Shown one piece after another: positions 20,945 to 30,069 of a DNA stretch of 64,000 nucleotides (position 1 is its first letter; the number at the start of each line of letters is the position of its first letter). The stretch spans positions 224,001 to 288,000 of the forward strand of contig JBALDB010000056.1 of NCBI GenBank assembly GCA_036918135.1, given 5' to 3'. The notes below the pieces were generated by a model that saw only the letters and a list, made by a program, of their open reading frames with translations, ran no database searches and had not been told where the DNA came from. Origin of the DNA: Nostoc sp. GTDB lineage: Bacteria > Cyanobacteriota > Cyanobacteriia > Cyanobacteriales > Nostocaceae. The position numbers were made by a program, and so were the translations under genes.

Positions 20945-21158
20945 CTCCAATGAAACACTAATAGAACAAACAGTAACCTACACCCTAGAGATAAATGGCA
21001 AATTTTACTTAATTGAAAATGTACCTGCACGGGTGAATCCAGAGACAGGAGAACAATTTTTCTCTCCGTCTACTGTAGAACGGTTGCAGCAGATTATTTA
21101 CAACCAACAGCAGCCCGTTCGTATTCTTGAAACGCCAGTGTATGACTTTGCTGCTTAG
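20934..21158 (+). CDS. YgiT-type (MqsA N-terminal-like) antitoxin-family protein, Cys-less
   Basis: VTYTLEINGKFYLIENVPARVNPETGEQFFSPSTVERLQQII...TPVYDFAA, with an AAGGAG RBS upstream. Confidence 0.8.
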   Translation: MSSNSNETLIEQTVTYTLEINGKFYLIENVPARVNPETGEQFFSPSTVERLQQIIYNQQQPVRILETPVYDFAA

Positions 21159-21210
21159 GATAAATCAATAGAGTGGCGATCGCATCCTCAACAATAGGCA
21201 GTTGCTATTA

Positions 21211-21650
21211 ACCAATTATCAAAACAAACAAAACGATGTCTGTGACGGGACACGCCTTTGCGTTTTGAACTCGACAATTGATGTTCAAAGGTGCAACTTC
21301 CGAGTTCAGAACTAGAATTGTGAGGGTTAAAGCCGCAATTTTGAGGATCAAAGGTGCAACTTCGAGGATAAAAGCCGCAATTTCGAGGAAAAAAGGTCAA
21401 GCGATCGCTCTTTTTACTCGACAATTCATGTTCACAGGTGCAACTTCAAAGATAAAAGCCGCAACTTCCAGGATCAAAGGTCAAACAGCCGCCCTTTTTA
21501 TTCGACAGTTCATGTTCATAGGTGCAACGTCAAGGATAAAGGCCCCAACTTCCAGGATCGAAGGTCAAACAGCCGCCCTTTTTACTCGGCAGTTCGTCTT
21601 CAAAGGTGCAAGCTTCGAGTTCAGAGGTGGAATGACCAGATTTTGAGGTG
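21211..21650 (+). repeat. 21-bp-periodic repeat element, copy 1 (84-bp higher-order repeat)
   Basis: Units resemble AAAGGTGCAACTTCGAGGAT; AAGGTCAA recurs at 21393, 21477 and 21561. The leader is shared with copy 2. Confidence 0.85.
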
Positions 21651-21813
21651 GAGTTTAAAGAAGCACAAGGGGGTGATGTCTACGACGAGTTATGTTAATG
21701 CACATCGCCTTAATGCAATCATTGATACACGCTACATTATAAATTAGCTCAACTTCTCTGCTGCCTGTCCAAGCAGCAACTCGTCGTCAGGCATCGCCTC
21801 TGTAAAACCCCAA

Positions 21814-24800
21814 ATGACTAACGAAGAACTGCTGGAAATAATTGAAAAAGCCGTTAGAGACAAGGTGAGAAAATTAAACCTTTCTGACAAAGGCTTAACA
21901 ACACTGCCAGCAGAAATTGGACGACTTACCAACCTGCGCTCGCTCCACCTTGAAAACAATCAACTGAGCAGTTTGTCACCAGAAATAGTCCAACTCACCA
22001 ACTTGCGATCGCTCCACCTTGAAAACAATCAACTAAGCAGTTTGTCACCAGAAATAGTCCAACTCACCAACCTGCAAACCCTCAACGTCCGCAGGAATCA
22101 ACTCAGCAGGCTGCCACTGGAAATAGTCCAACTTACCAACCTGAGATCGCTCAACCTCAGCAGGAATCAACTGAGCAATCTACCATCTGAAATAGTCCAA
22201 CTTACCAACCTGAAAACGCTCAATCTCAGCAGGAATCAACTGAGCAGTCTACCATCTGAAATAGCCCAACTTACCAATCTGCGATCGCTATACGTCTGGG
22301 GTAATCAACTAAGTAGTCTGCCACCGAAATTTGTCCAACTCATAAACCTGCAAACGCTCTACCTCTGGAGTAATCAACTGAGCAGTCTGCCACTGGAAAT
22401 AGTCCAACTCACCAACCTGCGATCGCTCAACCTCAGCGACAATCAACTCAGCAGTCTGCCACCAGAATTTGTCCAACTCACTAAGCTGGAAACCCTCAAC
22501 CTCAGCAGTAATCAACTGAGCAGTTTGCCAGGGGAAATAGTCCAACTTGCCAACCTGCGATCGCTCAACCTCAGTGACAATCAACTCAGCAGTCTGCCAC
22601 CGGAAATTAGGCAACTAACAAACTTGAAAAAACTGGATCTGCGTGGAAATCCAATCCCCATTCCACCAGAGATTTTAGGATCGAAGAATTTATTTGAACA
22701 ACCTGGTGATGTGAATGAAATTCTGGATTTCTATTTCCGAGCGCAAGATCCAACCGAAACTGAACCATTCTATGAAGCAAAATTCTTGATTGTTGGCGAA
22801 GGAGGAGCCGGGAAAACCTCTTTAGCCAAGAAAATCAGCAATGAAACCTACGAACTCCAGCCAAAAGAAAAATCAACCGAAGGCATTGAAGTCATTCAGT
22901 GGCACTTCACACTGCCCAATGGCAAAGATTTTCGCGTCAACGTCTGGGACTTTGGTGGTCAATCAATCTACCACCAAACCCATCAGTTTTTCCTCAGCAA
23001 GCGTTCTCTCTATGCCTTAGTTGCCGATACTCGCAAAGAAAACACTGATTTTTACTGGTGGCTGAAGGTTGTCGAACTCTTAAGCGACAAAAGCCCAGTT
23101 TTCATCATCAAAAACGAAAAACAAGACCGTCAGTGCGAAATCGATGGGGGACAGTTACGAGGAGAATTTGACAACCTCAAGGAAATTCTCGCAACCAATT
23201 TAGCTGATAACCGCGGTTTGATAGAGATTAAAAAGGCTATCGAGTTATACATCAGCAATCTTGACCACGTTGGTATACCTCTACCAAAACTTTGGGTAAG
23301 AGTCAGAGCCGCCCTAGAGAACTATTCGAGAAATTACATTAGCGTTGAAGAATACTTTACCCTTTGCCGAATTAATAATTTAATAGACCGTAAAGATATG
23401 CTGCGCTTGAGCAACTATTTACACGACCTCGGCGTTTGCCTACACTTTCAAGAAGATTCTACACTCAAACACTACGTCATTCTCAAACCAGAATGGGGTA
23501 CAACTGCTGTCTACAAAGTTTTGGATAATCAAACTGTCAAGCAAAATCTTGGTTGTTTTACCAAAGACGATCTCAAAGATATTTGGCAAGAGAATGAATA
23601 TGCTGATATGCGAGATGAACTCTTGCAATTAATGATGCGGTTCAAGCTTTGCTACGAAATTCCTGGTCGTCGTGACATTTATATTGCCCCACAATTGCTT
23701 TCCATTGAAAAAGCTAATTATACCTGGGATAACACCAATAACCTCATCCTCCGCTACACTTATACATTTATGCCCAAAGGCATCCTCACCAGCTTTATTG
23801 TCGAAACACATCCTTGGATTGAACAGCAAAAACTCGTTTGGAAAAACGGTGTTGTTCTCAAGAAAGACCAAACTCGTGCAGAAGTCATTGAAAACTACAA
23901 TCAACGCGAAATTAAAATCTGTGTAGCCGGAAACCGCAAAAAAGAATTGATGGCAGTTATCACCCATGAACTTGAAAAAATCCACAACTCTTACGAACGT
24001 TTGCAATATCAAACCTTAGTTCCTTGTAACTGCGAAAAATGTGAAGGAAGCCAAACTCCTTATAGTTATCCTTTGAACGAACTGCGCGAGTTCCTAGATG
24101 ATGGTGCTTACCTGATTCAATGCAGGAAAAGCCGTCAAATGATAAATGTCCGCAGGTTAATCGATGATGTCATGTTCCAACCTTATAGACCAGATAAGGA
24201 ACTCAATCCCCAGGTTGCACAGTTGCAAAACGAACTGGAGCGAAAGCGAGATGAATCATTGACACATCGGCTACAAGATAGCAATCAAGAAGAAAAACTT
24301 ATCATGAATAGTCAATCAGCAATGGAATTCAAGAAGGAAATTTTCATCTCTTATGCTTGGGGTGGAGAAAGTGAGCAGTTTGTCAATAAACTGGATGAAG
24401 CTTTGCAAGCAAAAGGAATCAAAATCATCCGCGATAAACGCGATTTGGGCTACAAAGGACTAATCAAAGCCTTCATGGAACGGATTGGACGCGGGAAATG
24501 TGTTATTGCTGTAATTAATGACAAGTATTTAAAGTCGCCCAATTGCATGTTTGAGTTAGTCCAAATTGCTAAAAATGGTAAATTTTATGATCGAATTTTC
24601 CCGATTGTTTTAGCGGATGCCCAAATTTATAAACCTATTGCCAGACTTAAATATATTAAGCATTGGGAAGACGAAATTAAAGAATTAGATGAAGGTATGA
24701 AAGGAGTTTCTGCAGCTAACTTACAGGGATTTCGTGAAGAAATTGACCAATACACCGAGATTCGCAACACGCTTGCCGAACTCACCAACTTGCTCAAAGA

Positions 24801-24885
24801 CATGAACACGCTGACTGCTGATATTCACAGCGAATCAGGCTTTGAGCAATTGTTAAAGGCGATCGCACAGCGTTTAGATGAATAA
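21814..24885 (+). CDS. Roco protein: LRR - Roc GTPase - COR - TIR
   Basis: About 12 LRRs of 23 aa; GEGGAGKTS, STEGIEV and WDFGGQ; COR region (YLHDLGVCLHF, CNCEKC); C-terminal TIR IFISYAW...SPNCMFEL from ~24331. Confidence 0.93.
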   Translation: MTNEELLEIIEKAVRDKVRKLNLSDKGLTTLPAEIGRLTNLRSLHLENNQLSSLSPEIVQLTNLRSLHLENNQLSSLSPEIVQLTNLQTLNVRRNQLSRLPLEIVQLTNLRSLNLSRNQLSNLPSEIVQLTNLKTLNLSRNQLSSLPSEIAQLTNLRSLYVWGNQLSSLPPKFVQLINLQTLYLWSNQLSSLPLEIVQLTNLRSLNLSDNQLSSLPPEFVQLTKLETLNLSSNQLSSLPGEIVQLANLRSLNLSDNQLSSLPPEIRQLTNLKKLDLRGNPIPIPPEILGSKNLFEQPGDVNEILDFYFRAQDPTETEPFYEAKFLIVGEGGAGKTSLAKKISNETYELQPKEKSTEGIEVIQWHFTLPNGKDFRVNVWDFGGQSIYHQTHQFFLSKRSLYALVADTRKENTDFYWWLKVVELLSDKSPVFIIKNEKQDRQCEIDGGQLRGEFDNLKEILATNLADNRGLIEIKKAIELYISNLDHVGIPLPKLWVRVRAALENYSRNYISVEEYFTLCRINNLIDRKDMLRLSNYLHDLGVCLHFQEDSTLKHYVILKPEWGTTAVYKVLDNQTVKQNLGCFTKDDLKDIWQENEYADMRDELLQLMMRFKLCYEIPGRRDIYIAPQLLSIEKANYTWDNTNNLILRYTYTFMPKGILTSFIVETHPWIEQQKLVWKNGVVLKKDQTRAEVIENYNQREIKICVAGNRKKELMAVITHELEKIHNSYERLQYQTLVPCNCEKCEGSQTPYSYPLNELREFLDDGAYLIQCRKSRQMINVRRLIDDVMFQPYRPDKELNPQVAQLQNELERKRDESLTHRLQDSNQEEKLIMNSQSAMEFKKEIFISYAWGGESEQFVNKLDEALQAKGIKIIRDKRDLGYKGLIKAFMERIGRGKCVIAVINDKYLKSPNCMFELVQIAKNGKFYDRIFPIVLADAQIYKPIARLKYIKHWEDEIKELDEGMKGVSAANLQGFREEIDQYTEIRNTLAELTNLLKDMNTLTADIHSESGFEQLLKAIAQRLDE

Positions 24886-24964
24886 AAATAACTTATTGAT
24901 TAGGCTTAGAGGTTGAGTAGTGTCTCCAACGGGCTGGACTTACTGGTAGTGCTAATCCAGACAA

Positions 24965-25708
24965 CTACAAAAGCTTTTGCTCGATTTCTTCAAGCTGCAA
25001 ATCTAATCTATTCTGTTCTGTTTGGTTTTCCTGAATTTGCGCTTCTAGCTTGAATTTTATAGTGACATCCGTTTCAATGGCGTATGCTTGGCGCAGCAGT
25101 CCCAATTTTTTGCTCACAAGGTCATACTGTTCTTGGACTGAATTCCGTTCTTGCTCCAATCTCCGATGCTGGCGTTCAGTTAATCCCCCACTTGTTCTAG
25201 AAGGGCTGGAAGTTGTAAGTGTAGTATTTTGAGAAACAGTTGAGGAAGAAGTTTTTGATTTTGCCATTTCTTCAACTACCCTGCGAATTCCTTGAGTGAC
25301 ATTTAAAAAAGCCTCATCTTGATCTGGCCAGGTGGTGACAGGTTTAGCATTTTTGGGGAGTGCTTGCAGTTTACCAAAAGGCGCACCATTCCAGTCTGTC
25401 GGCTTCAGAATAATGGGAATTACACGAGCTTCTCGCGTTTCGTGTCGCTCCATTGCTCGTGTCATTTCTTTGTCGTAGCAGTAATCCGAAGCTAGAAAGT
25501 TAGCACTCACCAGCAGCAGAATGATATCTGCAACTTCAAGATTGTCATCGATCGCATTTGCCCATTCACTACCAGCACTGATTTCGCGATCGTGCCAAGC
25601 TTCAATAATCCCTTGACGTTTCATCATGCTCAGATGAGTTGCCAATTCGTCACGTAACGCTTCATCTTTGTGGGAATAGGAAAAAAATACTTTAACTGGA
25701 TTAGACAT
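24965..25708 (-). CDS. TIR-domain protein with a C-terminal EAD9-like helical domain
   Basis: VFFSYSHKDE...SANFLASDYCYDKEM TIR; Ser/Thr linker; tail LEQERNSVQEQYDLVSKKLGLLRQAYAIETDVTIKFKLEAQI resembles effector-associated domain 9. Confidence 0.85.
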   Translation of the reverse strand: MSNPVKVFFSYSHKDEALRDELATHLSMMKRQGIIEAWHDREISAGSEWANAIDDNLEVADIILLLVSANFLASDYCYDKEMTRAMERHETREARVIPIILKPTDWNGAPFGKLQALPKNAKPVTTWPDQDEAFLNVTQGIRRVVEEMAKSKTSSSTVSQNTTLTTSSPSRTSGGLTERQHRRLEQERNSVQEQYDLVSKKLGLLRQAYAIETDVTIKFKLEAQIQENQTEQNRLDLQLEEIEQKLL

Positions 25709-25798
25709 ATTATTGAATTTACTTGTTTAAATAGCTGTATAAGAGTATATAAGTAAATTTTCCCAACTAATTGCCAAAATCGAGAGTATTTATTTATC

Positions 25799-25929
25799 CT
25801 ACTGTAATGAAACCGTAGCTTGTTGCTGAGATAAATCCATAAAATTCGCCAGCTTGTAAACAAGGCGCGCATCTAACTTGCCATCTTACTGATGATTGCT
25901 GAATTTACAAATATCAAAGCTGATGATTT
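25799..25929 (-). pseudogene. Decayed duplicate of the speB 3' end
   Basis: Translates IISFDICKFSNHQ*DGKLDARLVYKLANFMDLSQ versus SpeB IIGFDICEVGDSEWDGNVGARVVYKLANLMDLSQ. Confidence 0.85.
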
Positions 25930-25943
25930 AGCGATCGTAATTG

Positions 25944-26420
25944 ACCAATTCTCAAAACAAACAAAACGATGTCTTCGATGGGACACGCCTTTAGGTTTTG
26001 AAGTCAAACATTCACCCTTTTAACTCGACAATTGATGTTCTAAAGTACAATCTTCGAGTTCAGAAGTGAAATGGTGAAGCTTAAAAGCGCAACTTCGAGG
26101 ATTAAAGGCGCAAGTGCAAGGGTTAAAGGCGCAACTTCGAGGATTAAAGGCGCAAGTGCGAGGATTAAAGGTGCAACTTCGAGGCTTAAAGGCGCAAGTA
26201 CGAGGATTAAAGGTGCAAGCACGAGGCTTAAAGGTGCAACTTCGAGGCTTAAAGGCGCAACTTCGAGGCTTAAAGGTGCAAGCACGAGGCTTAAAGGTGC
26301 AAGTGCGAGGCTTAAAGGTCAAACGATACCTACGATAGGCTGTGCTAACGCCTTTTTAACTCCACAATTCGAGTTCCAAAGTACAACTTCCAAGTTCTAA
26401 ACTTGAGAGTTCGCGTTCTA
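25944..26420 (+). repeat. 21-bp-periodic repeat element, copy 2
   Basis: Eleven tandem units of consensus TTAAAGGYGCAASTTCGAGGM at 26081-26311, after the same leader as copy 1. Confidence 0.92.
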
Positions 26421-26470
26421 ATACCAATTTGAAAAAAGAATAATATGATGTCCAGCGAATCACCCTTAAT

Positions 26471-26573
26471 ATGTCATTGCGAGTGGAACGAAGTGAAACA
26501 AAGCAATCGCAAGGTTTTTGAGATTGCTTCCCTACCCTGCGGGAACGCTAAGAGCGAACGGTTGCAATGACAT
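26471..26573. repeat. Palindromic ATGTCATTGC...GCAATGACAT element with a nested small insert
   Basis: Outer inverted repeat plus an inner AAGCAATC/GATTGCTT stem. Partial right ends occur at ~29035-29072 and ~35362-35372. Confidence 0.7.
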
Positions 26574-26651
26574 CAGAATAGTTGGAGGTAGGTGATTATA
26601 ACTTGTCACCAAAAAGATTATAAAAGCGCATAATGCACCATGCTATCTGGT

Positions 26652-26683
26652 GGTGCGTTAGGCTTTAGCCTAACGTACCCTAC
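26652..26683. repeat. GTAG-family REP-like hairpin, possibly the speB terminator
   Basis: GGTGCGTTAGGC-ttta-GCCTAACGTACC followed by CTAC. Confidence 0.6.
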
Positions 26684-26693
26684 TAAAGATTTA

Positions 26694-27749
26694 CTAAATT
26701 CTGACTCCTGAATTCTCCTGAGATAAATCCATCAAATTCGCCAGCTTATAAACAACCCGCGCCCCAACATTACCATCCCACTCACTATCACCAACTTCAC
26801 AAATATCAAAGCCAATAATTTTTCTGCCACTATTTACCAATTCCCGGAACAGACAAAATGCTTGTTCTAATTCCAATCCACCTGGAACAGGAGTACCTGT
26901 ACTCGAACAAAGTTTTGGATCTAAACCATCAGCATCAAAGCTAATATAAACATACTCAGGTAAATGATTGATAATTTCTCGACATAAATCAATCCAAGTT
27001 GTCCCCGAGTAAAGCTTTCGTTTAATAGCAGGATCGTAATAAGCAATAATGCGACTATTAGATTGGTTAATTATCTGCACTTCATCATGAGAAATATCTC
27101 GCAAAGCAACTTGCACTAACTTGGAAATTTGCGGTATTTTCATGGCATTAAACATAATCGACGCATGAGAAAATTCAAATCCCTCATAGGCGTCGCGTAA
27201 ATCTGCATGTGCGTCAATGTGCAAAATTCCATAATTTGGGTAGTGAGTCGCTAATGCTTGGAAATAACCTAACGGCGAACTATGATCTCCTCCAATGACT
27301 GCGACTCGTTTACCATTGTTAATTGCTTGCTGACAATTCTCAAACAGCCATTGATTAACTTGTTGACAAGCCTGATTGATTTCTGTTAGTACAGGTGTTA
27401 AATCTGGTGTATCTGAGAGTTTTTTACCTTGGGCTAGTCGTTCGATAATTTTTGCTGCTAAGCTGCGATAGTATTTATTCTTTTCTAAAATATCCTGGGA
27501 AATTTCGGCCATAAAAATTCCCTGCTTCCAGCCATCGGGATGATCGAAATCGAACAAATCTAATTGCGTTGAAGCATCCAGAATCCTCTGTGGCCCGTTA
27601 GCTGTACCTGCACCATAGGAAACAGTCACTTCCCACGGAACACCAAAGACAATCAAGTTTGCAGACTCGTAATCGAATGGTAAACCTAAAAGGTTGCCAT
27701 TTATTTCACCTACGCTGCTGGGATTGTAGTCTTGTAGTTGATTACTCAT
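26694..27749 (-). CDS. speB: Agmatinase (ureohydrolase family)
   Basis: GGDHS, DAHAD and SFDADGLDP...GTPVPGG metal-binding motifs. Confidence 0.92.
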   Translation of the reverse strand: MSNQLQDYNPSSVGEINGNLLGLPFDYESANLIVFGVPWEVTVSYGAGTANGPQRILDASTQLDLFDFDHPDGWKQGIFMAEISQDILEKNKYYRSLAAKIIERLAQGKKLSDTPDLTPVLTEINQACQQVNQWLFENCQQAINNGKRVAVIGGDHSSPLGYFQALATHYPNYGILHIDAHADLRDAYEGFEFSHASIMFNAMKIPQISKLVQVALRDISHDEVQIINQSNSRIIAYYDPAIKRKLYSGTTWIDLCREIINHLPEYVYISFDADGLDPKLCSSTGTPVPGGLELEQAFCLFRELVNSGRKIIGFDICEVGDSEWDGNVGARVVYKLANLMDLSQENSGVRI

Positions 27750-27835
27750 CGATTATTTACTGAATTTAGTAGACAGCAGGCCGCCTAGTAGACATCTGCA
27801 TTGTAATCAAAAATTTTCATGAGCGTTAAACTACA

Positions 27836-27928
27836 TATAGCAGGAGGCAGGGGGCAGGAGGTAAAAACATTACTCTTCCTGACATTCACGCTTGTTATAA
27901 TGTCCTAACCTATATGACTACGGCTATA
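27836..27928. repeat. Dispersed repeat; an inverted copy with an extra insert lies at 54155-54291
   Basis: GCAGGAGGCAGGGGGCAGGAGGTAAAAACATTACT...TCACGCTTGT matches the reverse complement of 54188-54291. Confidence 0.75.
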
Positions 27929-28240
27929 CCTTATAAATAAATGATGTTCTATTGCACACACTCCGATTAAGGATAGCGACAAGTCTATTTTTGCCGCAAC
28001 GCAGCAAAATTAATTGCAAATTTTTTAAAACTCTCTTACTAAAGGAAATAATACTAAGTACGCTGGGCGATCGCTCACATAAAAGTGTTGAATAAGTTTT
28101 GTAGAGTGTATTATTGCGCTCGCTTACGCACAAAAATATCAGATCGTAGGTTAGGACTAATGCCAATAACACACCTTATATCTTAAAAGAATTGATAGCT
28201 ACACCTCCGTAGCTCACAAAGGTGGAGTAGTTAAACTTTC

Positions 28241-28678
28241 TTAAATATAATACATCAGTTCCTTCTGTTGGCGGATTGCTCTCCGGTCACAAAGGTCTTG
28301 GAGTGTATATTTTTCTAATACGGAGTTAGCAGCTTGACGTGCTTCCTGCCACACTTCTTGAATTAGCTCACCTTCTACCGTGCTGGGAGGTGGTTCACAA
28401 GTAGAAACAGCAACATCTGACCCTTCCATACAGGTAAAAGCATCCAGTACTGTGATTGCCTTGGGGTCTCGTGCCAAAACATAGCCGCCTTTGGCTCCGC
28501 GTATACTTTTAATTAAACCTCCACGCCTTAATGTTGCCAGGAGTTGTTCTAAATAGCGGTTTGGTATGTCTTGTAATGCTGCTATTTCTCGAATTTGTAG
28601 GGCGTCACCGTTAGGGTAGCAAGTTGCTAACTCTAACAGGGCTAGAAGGGCGTATTCTGATTTGTTAGAGATTACCAC
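28241..28678 (-). CDS. Rrf2 family regulator (CymR-like)
   Basis: YALLALLELA, YLEQLLATLRRGGLIKSIRGAKGGY and MYYI C-terminus. Confidence 0.92.
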   Translation of the reverse strand: MVISNKSEYALLALLELATCYPNGDALQIREIAALQDIPNRYLEQLLATLRRGGLIKSIRGAKGGYVLARDPKAITVLDAFTCMEGSDVAVSTCEPPPSTVEGELIQEVWQEARQAANSVLEKYTLQDLCDRRAIRQQKELMYYI

Positions 28679-29101
28679 AGGCGTAATATTTTAAAGTCAC
28701 ACCTAAATATACAAAGTCATTGGATCTATTTCCCTAAGCTATTGCGAAGAAAAACTTGACAATTAACTCATTGTTTACCGGCTTACTCTAGTTTAAATAC
28801 TTTGAACAATAAAAACAATTACTTTTTTTTTTCAAGTTAATAAATCAAAATGATTAATGAGTTGACAGTATTCCTAACTGTCTCAACAAACACAAGGAGT
28901 GGAGGAAGAAAGATGCTTATTTGATTCATAGCGAGAAGTGTACGGTCTGTACGGCTGCTCTGGAGAAAAGGGAGTGGGGGAAATCAACAAAGAGGGTATT
29001 TCCTTGATTCTTCATACGTAGTTTAGATTTGCTAAGATTGCTTCCTTGCGATCTGCTTTAGTTGCAATGACACAATACTATCTTTAACAGTGAATTCAGT
29101 A

Positions 29102-29725
29102 TCAATAAATACTTCGCCAAGCTTTCACCGTCTGTTTACCAATTTCGCTATCAACGGTTTGGCCTCCTTCTAATACTAGTCTGATGTCTAAATTCTCATC
29201 TGGAGCATTTTTCAAAGCAGTGGCTAACTCTTTATTGACAGCAAACGTGCCGGTTGAACTGTCTAATTGAAAAACTTGTCCTCTGACCTTGAGCAAGAGT
29301 TTATCTACTTTTTTAGTAGTGACAAACCTCACATAATCAGGTCTAGGATAATATATATTACCTGCGGTGTAAAACGAAGAACTTGCTCGGTCGTAATTTA
29401 CTGTTACAAGTAGTCGAATGCTGGAAGGAGTCCACAAACTAATAACTTGCTTTGAGCCACTACGGTATAAATAACCACCTAAATAATTGCGATCGAAAAC
29501 CCCAAATAACTCCCCTTCAAAAGGGTCAACGATTTTCACGGGTTTTGACCAAGGTACATTCATATCAGGAGACAGTCCTGCTGATTTGACCACTTGCAAA
29601 TTAGTTGATGCTTGGGCAAGACTAGGTAGCTTTTGAACACTGGAAGCAGTGCAAACTCGAGGGGAAAGCACAGCCAAGCTCGCCGCTAAAAGAAGAACTG
29701 GAATTGTCCGTGGTAAGTCGCTCAT
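29102..29725 (-). CDS. Hypothetical secreted protein
   Basis: 207-aa ORF with a signal-peptide-like N-terminus. Confidence 0.7.
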   Translation of the reverse strand: MSDLPRTIPVLLLAASLAVLSPRVCTASSVQKLPSLAQASTNLQVVKSAGLSPDMNVPWSKPVKIVDPFEGELFGVFDRNYLGGYLYRSGSKQVISLWTPSSIRLLVTVNYDRASSSFYTAGNIYYPRPDYVRFVTTKKVDKLLLKVRGQVFQLDSSTGTFAVNKELATALKNAPDENLDIRLVLEGGQTVDSEIGKQTVKAWRSIY

Positions 29726-30069
29726 GAGCCTGGGGTGGAATCTTCAAAGACAATAATTTAGACAGCTTTTATTTAGTTATCCTCACCAATACTTTTTTCT
29801 AATACACCGTATACGTAAACAAACCACCGATTTCAGATCAATGAAACGCTTGCGGTATAGTAATTACGAATTACAAATTACAAATTACGCCAAGCAGTAC
29901 TAGAACCTTTGACAATCGAGTAAATCCTTCGTGTCTGAGAAGATGTCTTTTGACACTTCAACGTCGGAATACTCATCTACGCAATATAGAAAGCTGCTAC
30001 AACTATTCTAGCTTGTGAATATTCATACAACTGGCAGAATTGTTCTAAATTAATAATTTTGAATTATCT

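Noticed and set aside
21188..21646. ORFs 21188-21424 (-) and 21278-21646 (+)
   Set aside because: They lie wholly within repeat element 1. Their periodic low-complexity translations arise because the 21-bp unit lacks stops in several frames.
21870..22660. LRR DNA repeats as a DGR template/variable-region pair
   Set aside because: There is no reverse transcriptase in the window, the differences are not adenine-specific, and all units are in frame within one gene.
26020..26400. Four overlapping ORFs with 7-aa periodicity, and a possible CRISPR array
   Set aside because: Four frames are open at once on a 21-bp tandem array. There are no unique spacers and no cas genes, so this is neither a credible gene nor a CRISPR array.
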